DNA from: Blastocladiella emersonii ATCC 22665
Lineage: Eukaryota; Fungi; Blastocladiomycota
DNA length: 64,000 nt
Direction of reading: 5' to 3'
Assembly: GCA_025594325.1 (NCBI GenBank)
Contig: JANHCV010000004.1
Coordinates: 2,294,001-2,358,000, forward strand
Within the stretch, counting starts at the first letter, position 1. Every line of letters starts with the position of its first letter. A program made the position numbers and the translations under genes. Shown here piece by piece: positions 1 through 11,611 of the stretch. Under the pieces are notes generated by a model. That model did no database searches. It was not told the DNA's origin and saw only the letters and a program-made list of their open reading frames with translations.

Positions 1-403
1 TGCATGATGAGTTTACGGGCCTCGGTCAGTCCCATGGCGTGTGATTATGTCTGATGATCATGAGAGAAGAACGGAAGAACTGAGTGCTTGACGCAGGACA
101 ACGGGAGTGCAGCAGGCGGGAGACGGCCGTTGCGTGCAGTGGGATACAGTCTCGCCTTCCGGTTCTCGGTCGCAATCCGCGGGCAGCGACGCAGCACGCG
201 ATCTAATCGTGGGCTCGATAGAACAACGCCCCTCGGACCACTGATTGATTGTAACTTGTTGCTTCATCTTGGAACGCGCTGCGCCACTCACGTGCGACCA
301 AACGCGTCGAGACGCGTCCAGTTTGGGAACGCCGTCGAGCGAGCGATATGCCTAGGTGATCGGAAACAAAAAACTTAATCACATGTATGAATACGGGAAT
401 ATC

Positions 404-1577
404 CTACGACGCGACCACCGTCTTCGCGACAGCTCGGGGTTGCGCGATTGAGGCGTTGGTCTTGTTGGCCTCGCTGGCCGTGCTCGACGAGGTTGTTCCC
501 GTGGAACTGGTAGTTGCGCGACCCGGCTTGCCGCCGCTGGACCCGTTCTGCTTGCGCATCACCCTGTTGAGCCCGGCCAGGAAACTACGAGCGACGGTCA
601 TGGTGAGCGAAGCGCGGAACTGCAGTGGATGCTGCTGGACGTACGAAGAGAAGACGCGAAGTCGGAAGGCGTCGGCGAACAAGATGCTAGTCAAGAGCGT
701 AGTGCTGCATGAGTCCTTCTCGCTTGAAGCGAACGCATAGGGTCGGGTACCTTAGCCACATCGGGTCAATGGTCGGATCGATCAGGCGCATGATGGAGGT
801 GGCCAAGATCAGGACGGCTTCGGCAAGTAGCATGACCTGGATGTGTCGAATCAGTCCGACCATGTCCTCGCGCATGGACATGCCGCCTGCAGGAGCGACG
901 GTCAGGTCGCGGAGGAAGATAACAAAGGTGAGCGAGATGGCCGAGTTGACACACGCGTCAACCAAGCTCCAGGCTACGAGCACCAAGCGCGTCAGTAGTG
1001 CTGTTGCCGATGATGAGAGGGAGGCCGTCAACGTACTGAGGTAGATTTTCTCCGCGACCGCAGTATCGGCGCCATAGTAGCCGTTCCACGCGACGACGAG
1101 GTACCATCCCGAGCTGAGGGTCTGGAGCAACGCGGCGACAACGGCGCCGACTACGAGCACCTGGACGAGACGTCGGTACCGCGAGTAACAGGTCATGTAG
1201 AGCCGGCGCGCGTTCAGAGTGACGAACGTCACGCCGCACGCCCACTCGACAATGACCATGAGGCGGCCGACCTCGATGGCGAACGCATCGCCGACAGATG
1301 CGGCGTTGGCTGCCACGAGCGAGGAAATAAAGACGAACAGGCGGCCCACGGCCACGGCGCCAAGGATCGCGTAGTAGGTCGATCGCTTCTTGAGAAACAG
1401 CTCGACGCTCGTATAGAGCGCGAGCACGTAGATGAGCCCCACGATGCCCGAAAGAAAGCTGCCTGGGCTCCAGTGAAATTCTGGCTACTCGCGAGTGACC
1501 CATCCATCGAAGCGATCAGCGGAATTCCGTTCATTTGCATTAAGTAATTCATGGCTGCGGACCTCAGTAAGTCCCAT
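404..1577 (-). CDS. Orphan 7TM receptor-like membrane protein, paralog 1 (4 exons: 1563-1577, 751-1484, 645-686, 404-584)
   Basis: Joining ORFs 687-1442 and 404-694 through GT-AG introns 687-750 and 585-644, plus a mini exon MGLTE (intron 1485-1562), gives about 7 hydrophobic segments. Motifs D-x-x-VN-x-x-IS-x-x-F, LL-x-E and DPMW...RLRVF are shared with the genes at 41368-42418 and 42543-43610. The first exon is the least certain part. Confidence 0.7.
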
Positions 1578-1802
1578 TATGGAAGATCGGATTTTAGTTA
1601 CAATACGGCGGGACAGGAGATGGGGAGCGCGACGAGGGAGACGGCCCTCGACTCAGGCCGACCACCAAAACTTGTCTGTCTCCCAAGGTCCAGGGTCGCG
1701 ACATCACCGCGTCCACGCGTGCGCGACGCGACTGAGCGCAAATTTCACGCAACAATAGACAATAGTCGTTGAAAAACAAAGCAAAGTATGATTAACGTCA
1801 GC

Positions 1803-4742
1803 TCAACCAATGATGACCACGGCCATGGCCATGGCCAAGGCCATCACTTGTGGCCGTAGCAATGCTCGAGGAGTCTTGATGCTTTCGATCGCTTTGTGGC
1901 AGTTGACGGGCAGCTCCTGGTCGCACGGGATGTGCATGAGCGTCGAAATCTGCGAATCGAGCATTGGGACGGGGTCCTTGAAGGGAACCACGTTGAACGA
2001 CCACCGAGCGATGGCGTCCGCGGTCACGTTGTAGTTCAGGTACGATAAACCAAGTCCGGGAGACGACAGCGCCATGGCGGGCACGCCTTTCTTGGCGGCC
2101 ACGATTTGCGCGATACCGCCGCCGAGACTGTGGCCGGCCATGACCACGGTGCGGTTCCGCGCGACCAGATCAGCGACGAGATCCGTCACGGGCTCGTAGT
2201 ACAGGATCCCCGTGAACGCGACGTTGTCAGTGATAAACTTGACAAACCACGCCGTAAGACGCGCAGGCCACACGGAAGCAAGAGAACCAAGCGAGGACGA
2301 CATTTTGATGAGCGAGGGCGTTGCCCAAATGTACGCATCCTGCAAGGCATCACCGATGCTGGCTGTCCCACGCACGGCAACGACCGAAGTCTCGGGCGCG
2401 GCAGCAAACCGGAACTCGTAGTACCGTACGCCGTTGTCAGACTTGGGCGCGCCGCCCGCACCAGAGACCGCAAGACTCGAGTTGTGCACGCGCACGCCGG
2501 CCTCGCGCAAAACCGGATTCGCGCGGGCGCGAGCGTTCACGTCGGTTTCGTTGGCGCCGTAAGCAGCGAACGCGAGCGTGGACATGGAAAGCGGCGTCAA
2601 GGCCACCGTCGCGTTGCCGTTGCCAAATGAAGCACGGCCGAAATGCGCGTTGCAAGCTGGAATCAAGGACGTGCGCAAGGTCGCACTGCTCGACGGGAAC
2701 ACATTCGCGATCGTGGCCTCGGTGATCGGACCGTTGATGCGTTTGTCGCGAATGAAGTCGACAGCGAGCCCGCCAATAACCGACAGGACGATGGTGAACA
2801 CGATGATCGTCACCGTGATGGCGCTGTTGATCGAGTTGCGTCGGTTCGTGCCGTTGGCGTGCGAAGAGGGAGCCGTCCAGTGAGCCTTCGAGTCGCGAAG
2901 ATCAAAGGAGAGGTATGTGAGCAGCAGGATGCAAGTCGAAGCGTAGCCCGTGAGGTCGAGAGCAAGCATTACAACTAATTGACGGCGTGGGTGAGTGAGT
3001 GGCGGACAAGCTGAGAACATGGGTCGAATCAAACGTACCGTAAATGCCGACGCGCAAAAGGTAGCCGATCGCGAGAAGCTTGGCCAACATCCGTGGGGAA
3101 TTCACGAGACGCGTCCCGAGGAACACGGCATCGGCAGCAATGTGCACGAAAAGAAACGATGCAGCAAGTCCAACGACGACGTACGGTCCGACGCGCACCC
3201 GCTCGTTTGGAGAGTCGGCGCCCAGTCGATCGAGCAAAGCAGTAGAGCCCGTGGTGGCATCAACGGTCGAGAGGTCGAGGACAACGAGGCAGCCCAAGCC
3301 TGCCGCAGTCGCAATCGAACGGACGGCGAAGATGATCGCAGGCTCAAAGAAGCGGTTGCCGTCGTAGTACCCGTTGGACGACGCTGCGCGAGTGGTTAGG
3401 TCGTCGCCCTTGCGCAAAGCACGCCGGAAACAGCCCAAGAGAAGACCACGGATGCGGAAGAGGATGAGAGCCGCGATGAAACCACCAAGACCAGCGATCA
3501 GTTGAACGTTTTCCTACATCATGCGTGCCGGTTCGAATCAGCAACTGTTGCCATCACGGAAGATCATGGCGGCCGTACTCCTTTGGTCGTGATTGCACCG
3601 ATGACCAGCAAACCAGTAAACACGGCGAGCGCCTGATTGGCAAGGTGATCGAGGATGTTGAGCGTCGTTTCCTGGCCCATCGACGCGACGTACATGGCGA
3701 GGCGACGCTCCACGGTGACGCCTCGGCCAAGCACACGGAGAAGGCGAACAGTTCGATGAACACGGTTCGAAAAGTTGACGGCGACGATCAGAAGCATGGA
3801 ACCTAAAAGCGACAGCTTGAGTCAGTCTTGGTCAACCTTCGATCCGCGGGTAGAAACGAACGCACCAATTACGAGAGAAAAGGAGAGAATCGAGATCACC
3901 TCCTCGTAGCCAAAGAACAAGGCGCAGGTCGAGAGCGGGACCGCGAAAGAAACGACGAGCAGAAGCAGGAGCAAGGATCGGCGGATCGTATCGCCAAGTT
4001 CGGCACGCTCAGCTGCGTCCGCTTGCTCGCGAACCAGGTCATCGTCGACGCTAGGCGGCTTCGTCGTGTCGTTCGGATCCACCGCGGACTCCGTAGTCGG
4101 TGTGGCCGCAAATCCCCCGTTCCGACGGCCAACTGGGCCGCCCACGCGGCGTGAAAGGGTTCGCGCGAGCGATCGGATCATGCCCCGCGGCGGACCTTGA
4201 TCGTCGGGTGAGCTGTATGTGTACGTGACTTTGACGATCCAAGCGACGAGCCGGTCCAAGGAACGACTCGCAGCCCGAGCGGGAACCCAGAGGAACGACC
4301 CGTGCAACGAGCCAAGCAGCGGGCCGAGCTCGGACACCAAGTGGGACTCGTGCGAGGACCAGATCCAGACAATCATGCGCAGCGCCGTGCGAAGGACGGT
4401 GCGGCTGAAGGCGAGAAACACGACCGCGTACGCGGCGAGACCAAGAAGCTTGATTATGGCGCCTTCCTTGGCCTTGAACGCCGGGTACGCGACAGCGACA
4501 GCAACAGCGAAGGCCACCGTCGTAAACATGACGGAGCCCGCGTACAGGATGTAGGTCGCAAGAAGATGCAAGCACCGGCGCCAAGCTGGGCCGCGATGAA
4601 ACCGAGTGTGCGGGCGGGGACCTGTGTACTCGAGAGAGTCGCGCAGGGCTGCGCCTGAGGCCGCCCCCTCTGCCCCCACATCGGTGCGGGCAAGAAGAGT
4701 CGAATCACTCGCAGCGCCGCGATCTAGTTCCATTGGTTCCAT
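1803..4742 (-). CDS. Multi-pass membrane protein with C-terminal class 3 lipase domain (4 exons, ~920 aa), copy A
   Basis: ORFs 3822-4742, 3564-3797, 2902-3438 and 1803-3032 join in frame via three GT-AG introns. Lipase_3 motifs present: VVAVRGT, GHSLGG nucleophile, KDPVP (Asp), NCH (His). Many hydrophobic helices lie upstream. Confidence 0.85.
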
Positions 4743-5155
4743 AGCTTAGTTCCTAACTGAGGAGGGGGAGGAACGAGTCTCTGCCCGTCGTGCTATAAAC
4801 CTCGATCGCCCTCGCGCGGTGGCAACTTCTGAACACCGCAAGCCAGTAAGACGCCGACTTTCACCGTGCGGTGCTTGACCTTGGCGGAGTCCTGTCCCAG
4901 TCCGTCATTTCACGCCGTGTGACAAGCAAGCGCGTGCTGCAAACAAACAGGAGCTCCGACCTGTGCCGCTCGATCGCACAGCGCGGCCGCAAGAGTTGTT
5001 CGGAAAGCCGAGAACGCTCGAAGGAACATCACAAGGAGGGTTAAAACAAAAGGTGCGCTGCGTCTAATGTATTCACGTTCAGAGAACTGAGATGGCGAGA
5101 TTCGGCAGCGAGAGTATTGAGGGACACAAAGATGGGGGAGCCCGCCGAACTTGCG

Positions 5156-7854
5156 TTAGACGGTGATGGCGCACCAGTCGCCGCGGCCGCACGGCTCGGT
5201 CGAGTCGGTGCAGTTGAGCAGCCAGGCGGGGAACTCGATGTGGCGGTCCTCGAAGGCGAGCGTGATGAAGATGGTCGAGAGCGCGCTGCCGACGTCGAGC
5301 GCCGTGGCCAGCACGTAGTTGTACTTTTTCCACCACGTCGACCGGTACCGGTAGATGAAGAACTGGAAGATGAACGAGACGACGAAGCCCGTGAAGTGGT
5401 GCGCCTGGTTGCCCGAGGGACCCTGCGGCGAGAGGAGAATGGGCGCGTAGATGAGCTGCCACGGGATCGGGCCGCCGACGAACAGGTAGCACAAGCGCAG
5501 CACGATGGGCAGCGAGATGCCGAGGGCGAGGCCGACGTAGATGACGGGCGCGTACGACGACTCAAAGAAGAAGCGCTTGGGACCGACGGCGCCCCAGATG
5601 AGCGAGGCGCTAGACGGGGTGAGCGGAAGTGGAGGTGGTGGTGATCAGTCCGTGATCTCGAAGCACGTGAGTGGCGCGGCGCGTCCCGTCCTACTCGACT
5701 CCGCCAGTGCGAGCACCGAAACGGGGGAACGCCGAAGCGAACGAGCGAACCGAGAAAGGAGAGTGAGCAACGTACGAGTAGTAGGTGTTGAGCGTCTGCG
5801 AGGTCCACAGGTTGCCGGCGGCCTTCTTGGAGCCAAAGTAGGTGACCCACTCGCGGTGCTCGGGCGTCGCCATCCACCAGCGGTACGAAATGTAGCAGAA
5901 AAATACGGCCATGATCTGCGACAGCATCTGCGAGAGGAACACGTGGCGCGGCGGGACCTATTCACGAGATCGCGGTCAGTGTATCTGTCTGGCTTTGTCG
6001 CTGCGCAAGCTGCGCAAGCTGCGCAAGCCGCCCATACCTTCATGTAGTGACCCAGCTTCAAATCGCCGAGGAGCGTCAGGCACTGCAGCGAGACGGTCAC
6101 GCCGAGGCACTTGAACGCCATCATGACAATGGGCTGGCCGGGCAGGATGAGGCCGATCAGGAACTGCGACACCACGTTCATGTACAGCGACACGCCCGAG
6201 GTGGCCAGCACGATGGCGATCGGGATCGTGCCGCACGTCGACAGCGCGATCGCAAAGAAGGTGGCCCACCACGGCATGTTGAGGCCCGAGAACTCGGCGA
6301 CGATCGTCGTCAGGATCGCCGTGAACACGAAGAAGCCGTAGTACCACGTGTTGGGCACCTCGTCGTACTTGTCGATCAGCGTGCAGTGGATGTCGTTCTT
6401 GTCCGACTTGCCGTTGGCGCGCCACTGGCGGGCAATGTCCTTGCCGTGCCACACGATCGTGTTGGTGATGGACGAGGTGAGCGACGCGAAATGGCCCATG
6501 TACGCGAACGCGAAGATGGTGGTCATGTGGATCGGCTTGACCTTGTTGTACAGCGAGTCGACGACCGTCTTGGTGTTCTTGTCGATGATCATGGCGCCCT
6601 TGAACGGCGCGCCGTCCTTTTTGAACAGGGACGTGGTGTTGAGCTGCACGCTCGTCTCGGGCTGGTTGAACCAGTTGCCCTGCCACGCGAGCGGCGACAG
6701 GACCCACAGGAAGATGATGGTCGAGGCGAGCTGGTTGACGGCGACCCAGAACGGGATCGACATGGGCGTGCTGCCCGCGACGGTCCAGTCGAGCGACAGC
6801 GAGAAGATGCCGGGCCCCCACACGGGCGAGCCGAGCTTCTGGCCGAGCGAGCCCGCGGGCGTGATCCAGCACAGCGGCGCGATGGTGCGCAGCGTGCTGG
6901 CCATGAACCCGGGCACAAACGTCCACACGCCCATGGCGAGCGTGCCGACGCCAAACATCTTGAGCTGCGACCACTCCTTTTTCCCAGAAGCCGCGGCGCT
7001 GGCCGCGTTCTCGTCCTCGACCTGCGAGTGCAGCTCGCCCTGGTGGAACGCCATGAACATGGCGACCGACGGCAGGATCGACGGCCAGATCATGGCCTTG
7101 GGCCGGATCAGGAACGAGCGGCACATGCCCGCGATCCCGAACCCGAGCGTGGCCGAGCAGAACAGGAACGCGATGCCCCACCAGTGGCCAATGTCGAGGT
7201 CGTAGAAGATCTCCTGGACGCCGAGGTTGTCGATGCCGTAGATGGACGAGGCACCGGTGCCCGCAAAGATCGAGCTACGGTTTGGGGGCGGTGGTTGGGT
7301 CAGCGTTTGGTCGATTGGGGCAGTGGATGCGAGCGAGGGAGATGCACGTACATGAGGACGTGCTCCTTGATCGAGAACGGGCCCGGGTTCGTGTCGACCT
7401 CGATGCCGAAAAAGTTGAACTTGACCGAGGGCATGACCTTGGCCAAAAAGTTGCCCATCGGGTAGGCGAGCAGGATGGCCACGTAGCTCGACACGCCAAA
7501 GCTGTTGGAGCGGAACAGGAACACGGTGTTGATGGCTAGACACACGAGTTGTGGCGCGAGTGAGTGAGTGATGCTTGTCAAGCATCGCGGGCGGGCGAGC
7601 GCGTCCGTGATGCGGTCGCGTCCCAGGGGCGAGAGCGAGAAGCGAGAAGAAGGGTGATCCGTACCGCCGAGCACAAAGCAGAAGAAGGTGCCGATGATCC
7701 AGACGCGCAGCGTGAACGACGGCAGCGTCGTGTCGTCGGTCGTCGGCACGACCTTGGAGATCATCTCCTCAAAGTCGGCGTCCATGACGAGGCTCGAGTC
7801 GCCGCCCTCGACCTCGGCGGCCTTCTCGGCGAGGTGCTTGTCGTCGGCGGCCAT
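5156..7854 (-). CDS. OPT: OPT family oligopeptide/glutathione transporter, copy A (5 exons)
   Basis: OPT motifs TDDTTLPSFTLRVW, NPGPFSIKEHVL, LIRPKAMIWPS, DLKLGHYMKVPPR, IWGAVGPKRFF, WWKKYNYVLATALD. Four GT-AG introns restore the frame. Confidence 0.95.
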
Positions 7855-8165
7855 GATCGGCGGTCGTTGGTGGGTGCGTGCGGGTTGGTCTAGGAGCACG
7901 AGGGTCGGGTGGGACGGGTCGGCCTTGCGCTGCACACTTGGACAGCTGGAGAGAACAGGGGGCACCATTCCTTTTGTACTCGTCCTGGGCGTCGCCAGCT
8001 CGGAGCACCGTCTCCGCTCCTTGGGCAGGCTGATGCCTGGTTGAGCCTCGAGCGCAGGCGCGGTGGCCGAGGGTGCCTGGCGCCATATTGCAGTATGGTA
8101 CGCGCACGAACCCGCCAGCGCCCGCCGCGCGGATCACATTCACACATCACGACGGCGACGCCAGC

Positions 8166-8647
8166 GACGCCAGCTGGCGTAACGGGCTCAGATGACCGTT
8201 GCTTGTGGACACCAGGCAACGTGAATTGCGACCCGGAACAACTCGTGCACACGCCGCGGCGACGTGTTGCCCACCCGGAGCTCCAATTTGGGTGCGCACT
8301 CCTCGCGCAGGCGCCAGGAGGTTTCCTCGGATAGCGCGCAAGTGGCGGCGCAGTGGCGGCGGGCGGGCGGCGGCGCCGTGGCGGTCGGCGCTGGTGGCGA
8401 ATCAGGGTGCTTGGAGCAGGCAGTTTCTGATCTCGAACCACGACCGGATCACACACCACATCACCCACCCATCAGCACGTCGCCGCCGGCCGGCCGCCAT
8501 TTGGCCGACATTCGCACGCGCGCTGCTCCCGCGCGTGCGCACGCGACCACGAGAGTCGCCGAAGTGGACATCTCCACGGAGCCGACCGATGCGCTGCGTG
8601 CTCGGCGCCTTCGCGGCCCAGCGTCGCACGTTACGCCAGCTGGCGTC
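8166..8647. repeat. Pair of 19-bp perfect inverted repeats, each containing the palindrome ACGCCAGCTGGCGT, upstream of OPT
   Basis: GACGCCAGCTGGCGTAACG at 8166-8184 and its reverse complement CGTTACGCCAGCTGGCGTC at 8629-8647. Mirrored in the right arm at 33001-33482. Confidence 0.8.
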
Positions 8648-9856
8648 CGGCAACGTAGCTGGCGCTACGCCAGGTGTTTGTGCTTCCGCGTCATGCGGTG
8701 CGACGGGGAGCGGAACGCACGGACGACGTGGTGCGGCAAGGTGGATGCGCCCATATCCAGCTTCGGGACACTCCACAGCCCCGACTACGCACAGATCTGG
8801 TGTCGCTCGACGCTCGAGGTCGGGAATCGAATCCTTCCGAAGGGTTCCGCAGTCCTGATGGCAGCTGAACAGTCTTTATGCGTTCTCTCCGCTGGCGAAT
8901 TTACACAAAGACGAAGCTCATGGCGAAGCCGAGACGTTGTCCGTGTTTGAACAACCCGTCAGAACGACCCGTCAGCCGCTCGGGCTCACTGACGGCGGCC
9001 ATGTCAAGGCTCGGCTGCAGTCGAGCCCGGCAGAATGATGCACACGCATGCTTTTTCTCAAGCGCCGGTAACTTCATGTGAGGGAGCTGAGCTGTCCTCT
9101 TCACCGCCCGGCTCAAATGGTATCGCAAGCTCTTTGAGCGCGCTTTGGCACGCGTTGCGGGGTGCAGGAAGCATCATCTGATCCGCCTTCGACCGTGGCG
9201 GCGTCGAGGAGGTACGTTGACGCGGTGGAAACCGCAAGTGGGCTTTTTCCGCAACAACTTCGGCCGGGAGCCAGATCGGCCATGTTGTCCTTGGGATCGC
9301 GCCGGCCTCGAGGCATCCACGGTGCAAGCGTTCGCGGAAGACGAGCGCCGCTTTCAATCTTGATGCGTAGAGCAGCCGTTAACTGCTCCCTTTCGCCGGA
9401 TACAAGACCATCATCACGCCGCGAGCGGCGCAGTCTTTCGTTTTAGGGCTGCCTTCCGCGCTGAAGAGACGGAGGACTCGGGCCGCGCCCCGCAGTCTAA
9501 GCAAAAGTCGTACTTGTTCTGCACCTTGTCGTTTCCTTGCTCTTCTATTCAAAATTGGGAGAAGCGAAAGTAGAACTCATGAGGTGAGGCCGCGTGGCGC
9601 GAGCTTCACAAGCGGCGGGGGCTGGAACGCTACGCGCCGTGGACGCGTTGCTCATCGCGCGTGACTAGGGCCTCGACGCGTTTCAGGTCCCTTCCAGCAC
9701 TTGCTCGGACGATACATGCACGGTTGGGGTTCAATGTTCGTTTATCGGGGAGAGAAGCGAGACGAGTAGTCTCCGCGCATTACCCGCGGAGGTTGCGAGT
9801 GGGGGTTGGTGGGGTGGGGTAATGGAGGAGCGGACTGGTCGACAACGACGATGAGG

Positions 9857-10217
9857 CTACACGCGCGACTGCCACGCGTTCTCGGGCTCGCGGCCCTCGT
9901 TCTGGCGGACGCGGAGGTGCGGGTCCGTGGCCGTCTTCTGGATCATCTTGTAGATCCCGTCTACACGCGCGAAGGCGGACGAGTGCGTGAGTGAGCGTGC
10001 TCGTACATGAACACGGTGCGAGTCGATGGCGTACAGGCGCAGCCGAACGAGACGGCTGAGAGGAGCGGGATGAGCTCCGGCGTCGAACGGAGCACCGACG
10101 TGGGGGAGGGGCTACACGAGTTCGCTTGCCGATGAGCGGCTGGACCGGGCGACGAAGCGTGCGGCCGGCGGCGGCATACCGGGTCTTGCCGCGGATCAGG
10201 TTGGCGAGGAGCGACAT
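9857..10217 (-). CDS. NDUFA4: NDUFA4/B12D-like small mitochondrial membrane protein (3 exons, 72 aa)
   Basis: Exons 10180-10217, 10035-10111 and 9857-9960 total 219 nt and give MSLLANLIRGKTRPSPTSVLRSTPELIPLLSAVSFGCAYGIYKMIQKTATDPHLRVRQNEGREPENAWQSRV. The PELIPL-TM-DP...E-x-x-W pattern resembles the NDUFA4/B12D family. Not visible as a single ORF in the track. Confidence 0.7.
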
Positions 10218-10310
10218 GATGAGGGTGGGTTGGTTGTGTTACGTGGTGGACGGCTATTCGAGAGCGGTCTGCAATGGGAGCGAGGTCGGGGCGCGGGGGA
10301 CCGGGCGCGC

Positions 10311-10316
10311 TTTATA
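10311..10316 (-). promoter_or_regulatory. Candidate TATA box (TATAAA) for the NDUFA4-like gene
   Basis: TTTATA on the + strand about 95 bp upstream of the ATG at 10217, in otherwise very GC-rich sequence. Confidence 0.35.
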
Positions 10317-10642
10317 CGGCCGGCCGGCTGGCCGTTCGCGCAGTAGCAACGGTGGCGGCGGCATGGGGCCTCGCCGAGCGAAAAGCGACGCGTGGGCACC
10401 GGACGAGCGAACGGGCGAACGAGCGAAGAAAAAACGCGCGCGACGACGCGTGGCCAACGCGACCCCGCTTCTCACGCGACCGCTCAAGGCAGGCGCTGCG
10501 CCACGTCACGCTGACTCGTCCAGTTCCCACGATGCAAAGTGTCTCCCGGATTTGTGCGCGGCGAGGAGAGACAAAACAGGCGAAGCAAAATGTGTGTGTA
10601 TATAGCCTATGGTAACAGTTGTTGTTTTCGGTCGAGTGCGGG

Positions 10643-11203
10643 TTACGCCTTGGGCGGCGGCGTCTGCTGCTGCTGCTGGGACGCGGCGCCTGGCGCGGAT
10701 GGCTCGGCGGCGGCAGGCGCCTCGGGCTCCTCGCCGATCTTGAGCTCGTGGTCGATGCGCTCCTTTGCGCGGAACACCTTGGACTGCAGGTAGAAGGAGC
10801 CGCCCTTGGCGGGGTCGTTCTGCGCGAACATGGACTCGTACCGGGACAGGATCTCATCCTTGGTCGGCAGCGGCGCCTTCTTGACGTTGAGGATCAGGGC
10901 GGCCTCGTCGAGGGTGATGCCGAGCTTCTTGTTGAGCGCCTCGGACGGGTTCACGGGCGCGCCGTCGAGCCCGGCGTCGGCGCCGACTTCGCCGCTCGCG
11001 GCACGCTGCCGCGCGGCGTTCGCGGCGGCCGTCTTGTACGCGTCGGCGAAGGCGCGGCCAAAGATCTGCACGCCCGTCAGGACGACCTGGGCAATGATTT
11101 TTGGTGCCTGGACGAGTGCGGGTGCGGGGGAGGGGGCGGCGTGAGTGCCTGCGGGGCGGGTCGGAGCCGAGAGGCCGAGAAGCGGCACATGGGCGCTAGC
11201 CAT
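10643..11203 (-). CDS. PAM16: Mitochondrial import motor J-like subunit Pam16/Tim16 (2 exons)
   Basis: [59 protein letters not shown] at 11203 followed by a short GT-AG intron. Confidence 0.93.
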   Translation of the reverse strand: MASAHVPLLGLSAPTRPAGTHAAPSPAPALVQAPKIIAQVVLTGVQIFGRAFADAYKTAAANAARQRAASGEVGADAGLDGAPVNPSEALNKKLGITLDEAALILNVKKAPLPTKDEILSRYESMFAQNDPAKGGSFYLQSKVFRAKERIDHELKIGEEPEAPAAAEPSAPGAASQQQQQTPPPKA

Positions 11204-11611
11204 GCGTGTCAACTTACGGACATGGTCGCGTCGAGGGGGCTGGGTTGTCGGGTTTGCGGGAGGGCGAGAAATCGGCGTTTAGGGTGCCACGAACGTCGCA
11301 AGAGCGGGGCACGGTCGGCGTGGGTGCGTTGCGGGGAGTGTCGATGCGTGGTGTGTCGCGGGTTGCGCGCTAATACATGGGCAGTCGGCGGTCAGGGAGA
11401 GTGTTGACGGTTGGGGCGGTGCAAGGGCGATGGCAGCCGCTCCGAGGCCGTGATGGGGGTGGCAGGCGTGCGGCTTTGACATCACGGCGGCGCCGATCTC
11501 GCGTGTGGCGCGTCCGGCGCCGACCTTGCCCGTTGAAAACGCTCACTGTCCCTCTCTTCTCCCCTCGTAAACCAACGTAGCGCAACGTAATCAACAAAAA
11601 CACGCACTCCC

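Larger units (their letters stand above)
1130..8810. repeat. Left arm of a ~7.7-kb inverted segmental duplication (partner 32838-40518)
   Basis: ORFs in this interval recur on the opposite strand at 41648-x with identical translations (e.g. 1803-3032 / 38616-39845, 5645-7585 / 34063-36003). Both ends were located by reading the sequence. Identity was spot-checked, not verified base by base. Confidence 0.97.

Noticed and set aside
4-54. Possible box C/D snoRNA (ATGATGA ... CTGA)
   Set aside because: Too short, no convincing terminal stem or recognisable rRNA guide, and it is cut by the window edge.
6003-6030. GCGCAAGCT x3 tandem repeat
   Set aside because: A short microsatellite inside an OPT intron, with no spacers or other structure; not CRISPR-like.
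8821-9780. Short ORFs between the left arm and the NDUFA4-like gene
   Set aside because: No motifs, atypical codon usage and no consistent exon model; treated as intergenic or promoter DNA.
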